Position numbers and translations under genes: made by a program | Shown: piece after piece, positions 9,055 to 18,953 of the stretch | How positions within the stretch are numbered: position 1 is the first letter of the stretch | How the letters are laid out: every line of letters begins with the position of its first letter | The notes under the pieces: generated by a model | Seen by the model: the letters and a program-made list of their open reading frames with translations, nothing else | Databases searched by the model: none | Told to the model about the DNA's origin: nothing | Source of the DNA: a virus | Taxonomy: Duplodnaviria; Caudoviricetes | Length of the DNA stretch: 64,000 bases | Direction: 5' to 3' (one strand) | IMG/VR virus record: IMGVR_UViG_3300033463_000014 | Location: 64,001-128,000 of that record

Positions 9055-9086
9055 CTCTCTTCTCCCTCTTTTGACCGACTGAACTA

Positions 9087-10442
9087 TTATACGTCTTTAC
9101 CTATCGCCCCGGCTATCTGAGAGTCGATTACCTCTGCATTGATCTCCCTGCCCCTGTCCTCGATGCTCTGCCTGTCGATGGCAAGCTGGCTGGATATCCT
9201 GCTCTTGATCTCTGCGCTCCTCTCGAGCATCGTCCTCTCGTCCGTGTCGACCGCGACCATCTCGGGCGCCGTGAGGGAGAGGATGCCCATGAGCGCGTTG
9301 ACCGTGTCGTCCGCACCGACCTCACCGGAGCCACGGCGGTCCTCGGTGAGCTTCTTCGACTGGGCCGTGTAGGCCGAAAGGATCCTAGCGGCGTCCTCGT
9401 GCCTCATGTCTCCCGTGAACAGGTCGGACAGGAGTCTCCCCGTCGCCGCCTTCCATCCGAGATCCATGGCGTGCTCAAGGCTCCTGTCCGTCATGCCGTG
9501 CGCCTTGCCGTCCCATCTCCAGTAGTAGATCAGGGCGTCATAGCCCATCGTCGCCGCTATCGCCCTCCACACGTCGCTGTCCTTCGCAAGGGGGCGCCCG
9601 TCGCCGATCACGAAGCCGTCGCTGTCCAGCTCCTCGTTCTTCCTCATGAACGTCTTCAGGGGTCCGTAGGGCATAGCCATCCTCTGGATGAGCTGCATCG
9701 ATGGGTTGAGGGACCAGTCGTCAATCCTGCAGTTGTAGAAGAGGCGCTCGTAAGCCTCGATCGCGGGACGTGCGCTCTGGATTCCGATAAGGTCAAGGGT
9801 AATCACGTCCATGTCTATGCCCGTCAGGAGGAGGGGCTCTATCCTTTTCCTCATCGCTGCCTCGCTCTCCCTCTCGTAGTACCATCTGGAAGCGAGGCGT
9901 ACCGGGACGCTCTCGTCGGATATGCAGGATCCCTGCGACTCGTCGTTATACATGACGACCATCCTGGCTATCCAAGGATCGGATGCGAACGGCCTGTAGG
10001 ATGCGTCCGTGTCGAACGGAGGGATCGCCCTGCACGTTGTCTCCACAACCGTGCCCGCCGGCGGCTGTTTGGATCCGTTTTTATTTTTCCGGCCCTTTCT
10101 GTGGGCTGATGCCGTGTTCTCTGGTGATGCGTGCGTTTCAGAAGGGATTTCTGACCTCTCCGGGGGGTCTTCGTTTTTGGGGTGTACTGTAACGTTTTGG
10201 TCAAATACCCCCCCCGTTACGGTACGCCCCTCCTTCGGGGGGTCTCCGGAGGGGTCTTTTTCGGCGTTTGTTACTGTACGGGTTACGGATATTCCGCCTG
10301 TTTTCGCTATGCTGTCCAGATCCCCCGCGTTTCTCGCTCCTGCCGAGAAAAGGTAGCCCGCCACGATCGACCTCCAGGCCGGGTTGAACTGGCACGGGTC
10401 GTCAAGCGGTGTCACGACTTCGCCTGTATCTGGGAGTAACAT
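9087..10442 (-). CDS. Hypothetical protein near terL; possible packaging accessory or small-terminase analogue; low-complexity insert carrying iteron-like motifs
   Basis: 451-aa ORF with a helical C-terminal part; the function is inferred from position only. Confidence 0.55.
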   Translation of the reverse strand: MLLPDTGEVVTPLDDPCQFNPAWRSIVAGYLFSAGARNAGDLDSIAKTGGISVTRTVTNAEKDPSGDPPKEGRTVTGGVFDQNVTVHPKNEDPPERSEIPSETHASPENTASAHRKGRKNKNGSKQPPAGTVVETTCRAIPPFDTDASYRPFASDPWIARMVVMYNDESQGSCISDESVPVRLASRWYYERESEAAMRKRIEPLLLTGIDMDVITLDLIGIQSARPAIEAYERLFYNCRIDDWSLNPSMQLIQRMAMPYGPLKTFMRKNEELDSDGFVIGDGRPLAKDSDVWRAIAATMGYDALIYYWRWDGKAHGMTDRSLEHAMDLGWKAATGRLLSDLFTGDMRHEDAARILSAYTAQSKKLTEDRRGSGEVGADDTVNALMGILSLTAPEMVAVDTDERTMLERSAEIKSRISSQLAIDRQSIEDRGREINAEVIDSQIAGAIGKDV

Positions 10443-10451
10443 CTGGTCTGG

Positions 10452-10766
10452 TCAGGGCGTTCTTCTGTTCTTGTTCGTCGCGCCGTGCGCTTCGTGCGCC
10501 TTGTTCCGGTTGTCTCCGACAGATCCGCAGTAGATCGACACGACCTCGTCCCAGTCGTCGTCACCCCGTTTTGAGAAACCCCATATGTCCTTACGGAGTC
10601 TCGCGAGGATGGCTGAAGGCTCACCGTCACGCCCCCTGACGATGACGGCGCTTGCGTCCGGAGAGTCCAGAAGTACGTCGGAAGGCCCGAGCCCGAGCAC
10701 CATGACCCCTCCCTCGGCGGAAGGAGGGGCCTTTTCGGGAACGGTCTTTGATGCCCCCTGTGTCAT
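10452..10766 (-). CDS. Hypothetical protein
   Basis: ATGA-coupled to the protease gene. Confidence 0.55.
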   Translation of the reverse strand: MTQGASKTVPEKAPPSAEGGVMVLGLGPSDVLLDSPDASAVIVRGRDGEPSAILARLRKDIWGFSKRGDDDWDEVVSIYCGSVGDNRNKAHEAHGATNKNRRTP

Positions 10767-11683
10767 TTGAAAGCCTCCATTCCCGTGAACAGGGCGCCGA
10801 GCGACGTCTGGACGGGGTGTTGGTCCTTCTGCTCCCTCTGGACGTCCGAGTAGACGAGGGTCCACAGGCCGTCATACGATACTCCGGGCTTCCAGTTTCT
10901 GACGACGGCCCTTGTCATCACCCCGCCGGCCGAAGCGCCGTAGGAGAACTCGGCCTCCCTGCAGCCGCTCCAGCACAGGATCCTGGAGGAGACGGCCCTT
11001 CCCGAGGAGTCCACGGAGAGGGCGCCTGCCTGGACGAAGTCCGAAGGGTCGAACGTGAATCCGGACGACCACATGACGCACCTAGCGGAGAGCGCCCTGG
11101 CGTCCCCTCCCCGGATGGCCGATAAGTCCGACGCCACGCTCCTGTAGAGCGTCGCCGAATGGCATGCGTCGAAATAGAGGAAGACACGTCCCTTGCAGGA
11201 GCTCACGATTTCCCATATCTCGTCGTCCAGCATGTGCGTGTCGTAGAGGCACAGGTACTCGTCCTGCCTGTCGGCTCCGTCGGGCTCCTTCCCTCCGAGA
11301 TACTCCTGACCGCCGTGTCCGGAGTAGAAGAACAGGAACAGGCCGCCCTCCTGGGTCGATGACACGCCGTTCCTGAGCATTTTCTCGACGTTTGCCTTTG
11401 TGGCCTTCTCTGACACCAGGGTGTCGCCCGTGTACCCGAGCCCGTCCATGATCGAGGACAGGACCTCTGCGTCCTTTTTGCATCCCGGGCACGAGCCGAA
11501 CCGGGCCGACCTCTCCATCCCGACGCAGAGGTATGTCGCCGCGGCGTTAGTCCTGGACGACCACCATCCGGGATCCTCGCCGCATTCCCCTTCGCACGTC
11601 TTTCCCCTGCATCCGGCCAAAGAGACGGCGATCGCAGCAGCGGCCGACGCGGCCGAGGCGAGTGTGAGAACAGAAACTTTCAT
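10763..11683 (-). CDS. Caspase-family (peptidase C14, metacaspase-like) protease with a lipoprotein signal
   Basis: FFYSGHGGQ (catalytic His), DEYLCLYD, YFDACHSA (catalytic Cys), WSGC...S, QHP; hydrophobic N-terminus ending in an LAGC lipobox. Confidence 0.88.
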   Translation of the reverse strand: MKVSVLTLASAASAAAAIAVSLAGCRGKTCEGECGEDPGWWSSRTNAAATYLCVGMERSARFGSCPGCKKDAEVLSSIMDGLGYTGDTLVSEKATKANVEKMLRNGVSSTQEGGLFLFFYSGHGGQEYLGGKEPDGADRQDEYLCLYDTHMLDDEIWEIVSSCKGRVFLYFDACHSATLYRSVASDLSAIRGGDARALSARCVMWSSGFTFDPSDFVQAGALSVDSSGRAVSSRILCWSGCREAEFSYGASAGGVMTRAVVRNWKPGVSYDGLWTLVYSDVQREQKDQHPVQTSLGALFTGMEAFK

Positions 11684-11727
11684 TCCATATCTCCCTTCGT
11701 TTTTTCTGTATTACAACCGCGGGCGCG

Positions 11728-12099
11728 TCATGCGTCCGCGCAAGACGACGTATCGGCTGGATCGGAGGACTGAGAGGCGGACGACCCATAGCCGGTCTCG
11801 GAAAGGAGCCCAGGGCTCGCGTAGCCCCTGTCTCGCTTGCCTCCCCACGTCGTCAGGGACCTCAGCCTCCACTTCCTGCACGGCGGGTCGAGCGAGTTCT
11901 CCTTCTTCTCCTCGATCCCGCACCTGAACTCGCAGGTCGTGCAGATCCTTTTCGGGCAGAACCCGGGGCATCTGCTCATGAGGCCCCTGGACCCGATGAC
12001 GCTCCCGTCCCCGTCCTTCCAGGCGCAGACGGCGGACACCGTCCCCCGGCTCGCAAGGACGGACCTTCTCCTGTAGTGTACGCACCACTGGCATGTCAT
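11728..12099 (-). CDS. Cys-rich small protein (CxxC repeats, probably metal-binding)
   Basis: CQWC and CTTC plus further Cys; two internal repeats. Confidence 0.55.
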   Translation of the reverse strand: MTCQWCVHYRRRSVLASRGTVSAVCAWKDGDGSVIGSRGLMSRCPGFCPKRICTTCEFRCGIEEKKENSLDPPCRKWRLRSLTTWGGKRDRGYASPGLLSETGYGSSASQSSDPADTSSCADA

Positions 12100-12145
12100 A
12101 CCTTACCCTCCATCTCCACTATTTTACAATATATTGAAATCGCCG

Positions 12146-12496
12146 TCAACCGGAGTCCGACTTGCCGGACTTCATGCGTCTATGAGACTTCCCGACGGAG
12201 GCCCTCCCGCCGGACCACAGGGGGCATTCCGACGCAGACTTTCGGACGTCCAGCGTGCACGCGCCCTTCCTCGCCGGCGTGACGCCGTCGGCGAAATACT
12301 CTCCCCTGGACCAGTACCGGCAGTTGGGGCAGCTCCGCCTCAGGGAGAAGTCTGGGCATGTCTCCCTGCTGTACGGACGGGGCTCTCCCATCCTCTGGCT
12401 TTTCGGCGTGAACCTTACGCCCGCGTGCTGCGGGAGGGAGCACCTCCCGTACCTGCTCCCGTCGTAGCGTAGGTGCGAGCACCGGTGGCAGTCCAT
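12146..12496 (-). CDS. Cys-rich small protein (CxxC repeats)
   Basis: CHRC...C...CPDF then CPNC...C...CPLW. Confidence 0.6.
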   Translation of the reverse strand: MDCHRCSHLRYDGSRYGRCSLPQHAGVRFTPKSQRMGEPRPYSRETCPDFSLRRSCPNCRYWSRGEYFADGVTPARKGACTLDVRKSASECPLWSGGRASVGKSHRRMKSGKSDSG

Positions 12497-12751
12497 CAGA
12501 ACTCCCCTTTCACTCCGACGGATACGAACACGTCCTTCGGGCCTCCCTCGCTGTCAGGGGTCCGCACCTTCACGAACGGCCTCACGCGTGGGCGACCTTG
12601 GCCAGCCTTGACCATCTCAAGGGATTCCGGGGACGGTGGAGAGTCGGCGTCAAGGCTCCTGGGGAGCCTGGAGGTCGGTCCGACGATACGACCGGGACCT
12701 GTGCTTTCCTGTCCAGCGCTTCCACGGGCGCCACTGTTTTCTCTTTTCAAG

Positions 12752-13828
12752 CTATTTCCTCCGTCCGCTCCCCTTCTGGACCCTCCTTGGAGGGTCCGGG
12801 GTCGGCTCCCTGTGGAGCTTCAGGATGAGCCTCCTCCTGAGCTCGGCCATGAACAGAACGGCCTCCTGGGCCGTTATCTCGCACGAGGACATGTCGTCCA
12901 GTATCTCGGACTGTGATTCGTAAGGCTTTATCCTGCCGAACGCTATGTCCTCCTCGATGTCCGAGACGCAGGAGTACGGCCTCGCCTTCCTCCTCGTGAA
13001 CCCAGCGTCCTGGACAGGCGAATTTCCCCCCGCGTCGGCGGCGCCGCATTTCGCTTGCGCAACGGGGGAAAGCGCTTCTGTTTTAGCTTCGTCCGCCGCC
13101 GCGGGGGAAACCCTAACGTCATCCTCATGCCCCTTCCTGGGGCACTGTGCCTTCTGCTGGCGCCTCTTCGGCTCCCAGTCCATCAAGAAGCCGCCGAAAA
13201 GCGACGGCTGGTTATCCGACAATTCCCTCGCCTCGGCCCTCCTGCGCTCGGCGTTGGACATCCTCCTGGGGGACGGATCCGGGACGCACCCGGCCATGCT
13301 CTCGGCTTCGGATATGCAATCCTCCGCGCCGTCGCAGAACCCCGGATGGAGGTATGTGCCCTTCAGGGAATCCCTGGACTTCAGGACAAGCAGGCGTATC
13401 TTGAACGAACGCATGTCCCCAAGCAATACCGCCCTCCTGAACCTGTGGGTCGCGTACGACGCGACCTTGTCTCCGAAGAGGTCGCTGGCCAGGTCCTCGC
13501 AGATGGACGAGACCGACTCCTCCCAGTCAGTCAGCTGAGGAGGCTGGTAGAGACCCCTTCCAGAGTTCGCCCTTCCCCTGGACACGGCGGAGCGCATGGC
13601 CGAGAACCACCTGGAGTAGATGTCGGCTGCGGCCCTCAGTAGCCTGTCCGCGTTCGACCTGGCCCTCGTCACGCCGAACATGTCCGGGTCGTCGTCCACG
13701 CACTCATCGGTACTCGGATCCGCAGGAGGGGGACCTCCCCCGCCTACCGTCCAAATATCGGCGGCCGTCATCCCGGCCGCCAAGCGCCTCTCCTCTCCGA
13801 GGCCAGCGCACGCCATCTCCGCGCCCAT
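12752..13828 (-). CDS. Hypothetical protein
   Basis: 358-aa ORF with a GGAGG RBS. Confidence 0.6.
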   Translation of the reverse strand: MGAEMACAGLGEERRLAAGMTAADIWTVGGGGPPPADPSTDECVDDDPDMFGVTRARSNADRLLRAAADIYSRWFSAMRSAVSRGRANSGRGLYQPPQLTDWEESVSSICEDLASDLFGDKVASYATHRFRRAVLLGDMRSFKIRLLVLKSRDSLKGTYLHPGFCDGAEDCISEAESMAGCVPDPSPRRMSNAERRRAEARELSDNQPSLFGGFLMDWEPKRRQQKAQCPRKGHEDDVRVSPAAADEAKTEALSPVAQAKCGAADAGGNSPVQDAGFTRRKARPYSCVSDIEEDIAFGRIKPYESQSEILDDMSSCEITAQEAVLFMAELRRRLILKLHREPTPDPPRRVQKGSGRRK

Positions 13829-13862
13829 TCCAAAACCCTCCTCAGCTTATCCGCGACACGGG

Positions 13863-15011
13863 CTACTCTACGTCCTGACGCGCTTCGTCCTCCGGCGCTG
13901 CGTCCTCCCCTGACTGCTCGCCACCGAAATCCCCTCCCGCGTCAGCGAGCCTGATGAATCCGACGAACGAGAGCCCGCCGGCTATGGGGAGGTCGAACCT
14001 CGATCCCAGGAAGATCACCGGGTCGTCCACGTACCGCTTCCCGTCCATCGTGTAGGACATCAGGAGCCTGGCGGTGGGCTTGGGCGTGATGGTGGCCGAT
14101 CCGAACTTCGAGACTACCGTGATGCACGGGGCGGCGTGATAGACCATTATGGCGTCGAAGCTCATCTTCGTCCCGTCGATTTCGAAGGTAACGGGCGTGC
14201 TCCCGCTGATCCACCTTGTGAACGCGGACTCGTCCACGGAGGATGTCTTGTCAAGCGCGTCCTGCGCCTTCGCAGAGGCCGCCGAAGCGGTCACGATCTC
14301 GGACACGCGCCCCTGAAGGTCAGAGAGCGTCCGCTCGATGCCGTCGAACGAGATGCCGAGCCTCCTGTACAGGTCGTCGCGGAACTCCTCGAACTGGGAA
14401 ACGCTGACAGCCCCCGACGCTTTCCTGGGCTTCTGCTGAGCGGGGACGCTTTTCGCCACGCCGTCTTTGGGCCCTTCCTTCCATGCGCCGGCCTGAGGGT
14501 TTTCAGGTAGGGACGTCCCGTCCCCGCCCTCGAGCCTGTGCCCGTCCTCTGACCAGGCGCTCTCGTGGTTGATCCGACCGTTCTTCATGTCCTCCACCCT
14601 CCTGACGGCGGCCGCCTCCCGGACGGCCCTGTCCTCCTGGCTTTCATCATGGACGCCGGAACCGGACTGGCTGTCCTGGCTGACGGGCCCGTTACCCACG
14701 ATCGGGACCCGCGCGCCGATGTCGTCATCGTCGTCGTAGTCCTCCGGACGGTCGGGTACCGCCTTCCTTCCCGGTTTTTTCATCTGGGCCTTTCGGAGGC
14801 TATAGAGGCTGAGCACGTCGTCTCCGTCGACGGTCACGTATCCCGTCTTGTGCTTCCGCCTCGCGACCTCCTTGTCGGCCCTCTCCTGTGGACCGGGAAG
14901 CGGGGGCTTTCCCATGGCCCTTCGCCTTCTGTTCTCCTCCTCAAGGTCCTCAAGCTCCTTGGCGAGCCTGTCGGCCTCCATCATGATCGACCCCATGTCC
15001 CTTTCAGACAT
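13863..15011 (-). CDS. Hypothetical protein (acidic disordered N-terminus, beta-rich C-terminal domain)
   Basis: 382-aa ORF. Confidence 0.65.
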   Translation of the reverse strand: MSERDMGSIMMEADRLAKELEDLEEENRRRRAMGKPPLPGPQERADKEVARRKHKTGYVTVDGDDVLSLYSLRKAQMKKPGRKAVPDRPEDYDDDDDIGARVPIVGNGPVSQDSQSGSGVHDESQEDRAVREAAAVRRVEDMKNGRINHESAWSEDGHRLEGGDGTSLPENPQAGAWKEGPKDGVAKSVPAQQKPRKASGAVSVSQFEEFRDDLYRRLGISFDGIERTLSDLQGRVSEIVTASAASAKAQDALDKTSSVDESAFTRWISGSTPVTFEIDGTKMSFDAIMVYHAAPCITVVSKFGSATITPKPTARLLMSYTMDGKRYVDDPVIFLGSRFDLPIAGGLSFVGFIRLADAGGDFGGEQSGEDAAPEDEARQDVE

Positions 15012-15020
15012 CCGAACCCC

Positions 15021-15758
15021 CTATTTCCTCGACTTGCGTTTCTTTGACGTTTTCTCCTGCGCCGCGCCGCCGGCCTCCATCTCCCCGTTCTGCCTGAGGA
15101 CCGCGCCAAGCCCAGTCTCAGCGAGCTCGCGCTCCTTCTCCGCGGCGAGCCTGTCCATCTGACCCGAGCGCTCCGGAGCCTCGGGGACGGGGAGCTCAGT
15201 CTCCGCCTTGGCGCGCTCCGCGCCTTTGGCCATGTTCGCGCCGATCGGGTCCAGGGCGAGATTCTGGTCAAACTTTGCCCGTCCGGACGCGATCCTCTCG
15301 TTCTCGGCGATGATGTCCTCGAACCCGGACTTGATGACGTGCAGTGAGTCCGGCCCGCCGACTCCACGCCTGCGCTCTTCCGTCTCACCGTTGATGAGGG
15401 CCTCGCGCCTGGCGCCATCGGCGTTAGCCTTGCGCACGCGCTCGAGATGCTCGGACTGGAGCTTCCTCGCGCTCTCTATCGCCCGTTTCTCGCCAGTCGG
15501 GTCGCGCCTGATCTCGAGCGGGATGACGCTGGGGTCGAACTTCTCGCCCATCTCGTTGAGGTCCATGAGCCGCATGATAAGCCTAGCTTCGGTGTCGTTG
15601 AGTATCAGGCCTATCTCGTTCCTGCCCCCGCAGGCGTCGCACACGCTTTTCAGGGCGCTCTCAAGGTCCCTGTACGTGTCAGGCGTGGTCCTGCCGGGCC
15701 TCATGTTTCCCATGCTCGACAGGTAGATGTTCCGCGTTGTCATGTTGACGAATCTCAT
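15021..15758 (-). CDS. Hypothetical protein
   Basis: Probable start MRFVN at 15758; the ORF extends upstream to 15830. Confidence 0.6.
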   Translation of the reverse strand: MRFVNMTTRNIYLSSMGNMRPGRTTPDTYRDLESALKSVCDACGGRNEIGLILNDTEARLIMRLMDLNEMGEKFDPSVIPLEIRRDPTGEKRAIESARKLQSEHLERVRKANADGARREALINGETEERRRGVGGPDSLHVIKSGFEDIIAENERIASGRAKFDQNLALDPIGANMAKGAERAKAETELPVPEAPERSGQMDRLAAEKERELAETGLGAVLRQNGEMEAGGAAQEKTSKKRKSRK

Positions 15759-16731
15759 TGCTGACCTTCCTTGTTTCGTCCTTCCGGACTTCCTGGCCGT
15801 TTTTGCCGTTCTGTCTGTTCTTGTCTTCACTGCACGCGTCGCTCCCCGGCCCGGAAGACGACGGGCAGGGGGATGACGAAGAGACGCTGTCGGCCAGCTG
15901 CTGCTGCGTCATCTTGGTGGATGGCGAAGGAAGGCCCGACTCGTTAGCCTCCCTCATGATGCGCAGGGCCGACGCGACGAAAGCGGTCGCCTTCTCGGCG
16001 CTGAACCCAACGCTCCCGAAGAATCCCGACTCCGCGCCGGCCGCAGCCCTTACGGATCTCCTGGCCAGCATGGGTAGCAGGGGGCATGACCCCGTGTCGA
16101 ACAGGAGGGAGGTCAGGGTGTACACCACCGGCGTCGCATCCCGCTTCCTCACGGCGTACAGGAGCCTCCTCCTCCTGCACTGGGGGTTCCACGACAGGAA
16201 CCCTTCCTCCGCGGAGCTCTCCGCTATGGCCCTTTCCATGACAGGCATGACGGCGTCCTCTGCGAACGATCCCGACGGCTCGGACACGAACCTGGCCATG
16301 GCGATCTCGTCGGCGAGCGAACGCATGGCCTTCCACACGTCCCTGGCGAACGACTGTTCGCTCGAGTCCGCCCGCATGGACAGAACCGCCGAGACGAACG
16401 AGGCCGCGTTCCTGGCCCCCTCAGTGTCGAGGTTGAGCCTGTCCCCGGCCTCCCACGCCCTCCTCACGGACACCGCCGCGGGTATGATCCTGTCCTGGGA
16501 CACGCATCCCCTGTCGAACAGCTCGGCGACGGCCGACACCGACGGCATCCAGATCGCCGGGTCTTTCGACGCGGACAGCCTCCTCTCCTCGCTCTCGCCG
16601 CACTTTGACCATGTGACGACGTAAAACCCAAGGCCAGGGTCGAGCGTTATCCTCGCCGGCATCCGCTCGAACCTGAACGCGGGACGGCGCCTTTCGCCTC
16701 CCGTTCCGCTTCCTCCTGACGACACTGTCAT
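15679..16731 (-). CDS. Hypothetical protein
   Basis: About 350 aa; start at the ATGA overlap with 16728. Confidence 0.55.
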   Translation of the reverse strand: MTVSSGGSGTGGERRRPAFRFERMPARITLDPGLGFYVVTWSKCGESEERRLSASKDPAIWMPSVSAVAELFDRGCVSQDRIIPAAVSVRRAWEAGDRLNLDTEGARNAASFVSAVLSMRADSSEQSFARDVWKAMRSLADEIAMARFVSEPSGSFAEDAVMPVMERAIAESSAEEGFLSWNPQCRRRRLLYAVRKRDATPVVYTLTSLLFDTGSCPLLPMLARRSVRAAAGAESGFFGSVGFSAEKATAFVASALRIMREANESGLPSPSTKMTQQQLADSVSSSSPCPSSSGPGSDACSEDKNRQNGKNGQEVRKDETRKVSNEIRQHDNAEHLPVEHGKHEARQDHA

Positions 16732-17411
16732 TCCCCCACGGACACGCATACCATGACTGTGAAGACGCAGCCGCTCTCATCCGACAAAGGCCCCAAGGGA
16801 CTGACCGTCATGGGATTTAAGCCGAGAAAGCGGCTCCGGCGACTTCCGGGACCCTCGTTCCGGATCCCATCAGGCACGGCACGGGCAGACCCTACGTCAC
16901 CGCAAGAGTCTCCGGATCCCCTCGACCACTTGCTTAGATCGACACCGAGCCTGTCCTTTATGTAGTCGAAGATGATAGGCTTCCACCCCGACGAAACGGA
17001 GCTATCGTGACCGATGACGTATTGGGCGACATCCAGCGCCCACTTGACGAGAACCGAAAGGAGGAGTTTCCTGATATACGACTTCTCGGCGCCTTCCGCG
17101 CCCCTGTCGTCCCCGGAGAGGTCGATTCCGTTTTTCCTCGCCGTTAACTCGACTACGTCTATAACGCTACTGCCCGACTTCTCGCACGCGTCCAGGAAAC
17201 CATCGATATCCTCCTGGCTGACATAGCACTCTTCTTTTTTCTTCGAAAACTCCTTTATGGACTCTTCGGCAAGGCCCCTGCCGTATTTTCCTATCCTGTC
17301 GGAAAAGGAACCGTCCTTGTTGCATTTTCCCCAACCGCACCCGGAGGAGCATCCCTCTTTCTCACCGTTACCCATATTCATCAATCCTTTCGTTCCGATG
17401 CGCAAGTACAC
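16728..17411 (-). CDS. Hypothetical protein
   Basis: First gene after the TGGTATAAT promoter at 17425. Confidence 0.6.
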   Translation of the reverse strand: MYLRIGTKGLMNMGNGEKEGCSSGCGWGKCNKDGSFSDRIGKYGRGLAEESIKEFSKKKEECYVSQEDIDGFLDACEKSGSSVIDVVELTARKNGIDLSGDDRGAEGAEKSYIRKLLLSVLVKWALDVAQYVIGHDSSVSSGWKPIIFDYIKDRLGVDLSKWSRGSGDSCGDVGSARAVPDGIRNEGPGSRRSRFLGLNPMTVSPLGPLSDESGCVFTVMVCVSVGE

Positions 17412-17424
17412 ATCCGTCTCTAGT

Positions 17425-17433
17425 ATTATACCA
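17425..17433 (-). promoter_or_regulatory. Extended -10 promoter TGGTATAAT
   Basis: AT-rich intergenic region just downstream of a terminator; adjacent CACAATAT direct repeat. Confidence 0.65.
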
Positions 17434-17481
17434 CAATATTGTCACAATATGTTTTCTTTTTGAGAAAAATGTCCAATAGCT

Positions 17482-17510
17482 AAAAAAAAGGGCCGGGTTC
17501 CCCCGGCCCT
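17482..17510 (-). terminator. Rho-independent terminator
   Basis: GGGCCGGG-GGAA-CCCGGCCC followed by T8. Confidence 0.85.
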
Positions 17511-17716
17511 CCTAAGGCGCGAACGCCGATATCCGCCCCTACTCCTCCGGACGGAGTTTGTAGGACGCATGGATCGAATCCGATATGCACCCAAGCGCCG
17601 AGTAGAGCGCGGACATGACATCCCTCTTGGCGTCGGTGTCAAGCGGGCCTCCGCTGATCCTGGACGCGGCGCTCTCGACGGCCCTCTCGGCATCCCTGAG
17701 GTCATTTTCGAAAGCG

Positions 17717-18496
17717 TCAACTTCCTCGTTTGTCATCAGCCGTCACCGTCACCCTTTCCTTTATCGCCGAATCGACACCCTGCATGATGATGTCAAGAGC
17801 TTCGCACATAATATCCTGAAGATCGGTATACGAGACTGGACGTGACACCATCATGAGTATCCTCCTGTATGCCCTGTTTGCATATGCCTTCCTGTCCGTG
17901 TCCGGGGCGGAGCTCGAAGCCTCAGCAAGGTGCGCAAGCGATCTCGTCAGCGAAACGAACGACATCCACGATTCCCTGTCTTCATCGAAGAACATTTCTC
18001 GCACTTCATCGCGAGTGTAAGGGTAATTCAGGAACTCCTCGACATACTGCCATTTCGCCATTTCCATGTCGCACCCAGACGCCTTTGACAAAAGCATGCC
18101 GGCAATGCCATCCATAAATACGGAAAACTCCTTGCATTTTTCGTCAAACGCCTGCCCCTCAACCCTCGTGAACCAGTACAGACCCTTCCTTTTCGCGGAG
18201 ACGACCAGAGCGTACGCGAAAAGGTATTTCATTGTCGCAAACGCGCTGGATTCGGCAGCCTCTTCGGTAAGGATCGAAGCCCTTACAATGTCCGTGTATA
18301 CGTCCACTACGGAAGGGCCCTCCAGAACGTCCAGACCGTAGAGATTGCCGTACTCAAGCTCCCTTGCCGCAATGATCATGTTACGGAAATATCTTCCGAA
18401 ATCCCTTCTTCCTGAGAAGTAGGACAAAACATCGGAACCACCAGACTCTGACATTCTCAATCCCTCACTTTCCATCTGCTGACAATTCTTTTCCAT
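17717..18496 (-). CDS. Hypothetical protein
   Basis: 259-aa ORF in a coupled run of genes. Confidence 0.6.
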   Translation of the reverse strand: MEKNCQQMESEGLRMSESGGSDVLSYFSGRRDFGRYFRNMIIAARELEYGNLYGLDVLEGPSVVDVYTDIVRASILTEEAAESSAFATMKYLFAYALVVSAKRKGLYWFTRVEGQAFDEKCKEFSVFMDGIAGMLLSKASGCDMEMAKWQYVEEFLNYPYTRDEVREMFFDEDRESWMSFVSLTRSLAHLAEASSSAPDTDRKAYANRAYRRILMMVSRPVSYTDLQDIMCEALDIIMQGVDSAIKERVTVTADDKRGS

Positions 18497-18953
18497 GGTT
18501 TATGGCGGACGCGACCTCGCTCTCGGCGATCTTGACCTCCTCGTGGATCTCCTTGTCCAACGCATTGATCCTTTCTACGATCATGGACTGGGCCATGTCG
18601 AGAGCCTCATCGAAATGAAGAAGAACGACCTGCATCATTGCCCTGTCAATCTCATCCTTCGCGTATGCGATTGCGTCCTCGTTTATGGAATTACCGTCGC
18701 CCATGATCCTGATCATTCCCGGAAGGCCTCCCTTTTTCTCTCCGATGTCGTCCCTCGGGATGATCGTGTTACCCTTCCGGATGATTTCTTCCGCCGTGTA
18801 TCCGCCATGCTCGCCTTTCGGCCACACGACTCCGTTCAGCTCCGTGTCGTACATCCCTACGCACATCGACGGGCAGTACTCCAGCAAGGACCTAAGTGCC
18901 CTGACCGCCGTGTACGCGTCGGCCTTCCTCGTCATCTCGTAAAGCTTGTCCAT
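18465..18953 (-). CDS. Hypothetical protein
   Basis: 162-aa ORF with an RBS. Confidence 0.6.
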   Translation of the reverse strand: MDKLYEMTRKADAYTAVRALRSLLEYCPSMCVGMYDTELNGVVWPKGEHGGYTAEEIIRKGNTIIPRDDIGEKKGGLPGMIRIMGDGNSINEDAIAYAKDEIDRAMMQVVLLHFDEALDMAQSMIVERINALDKEIHEEVKIAESEVASAINHGKELSADGK

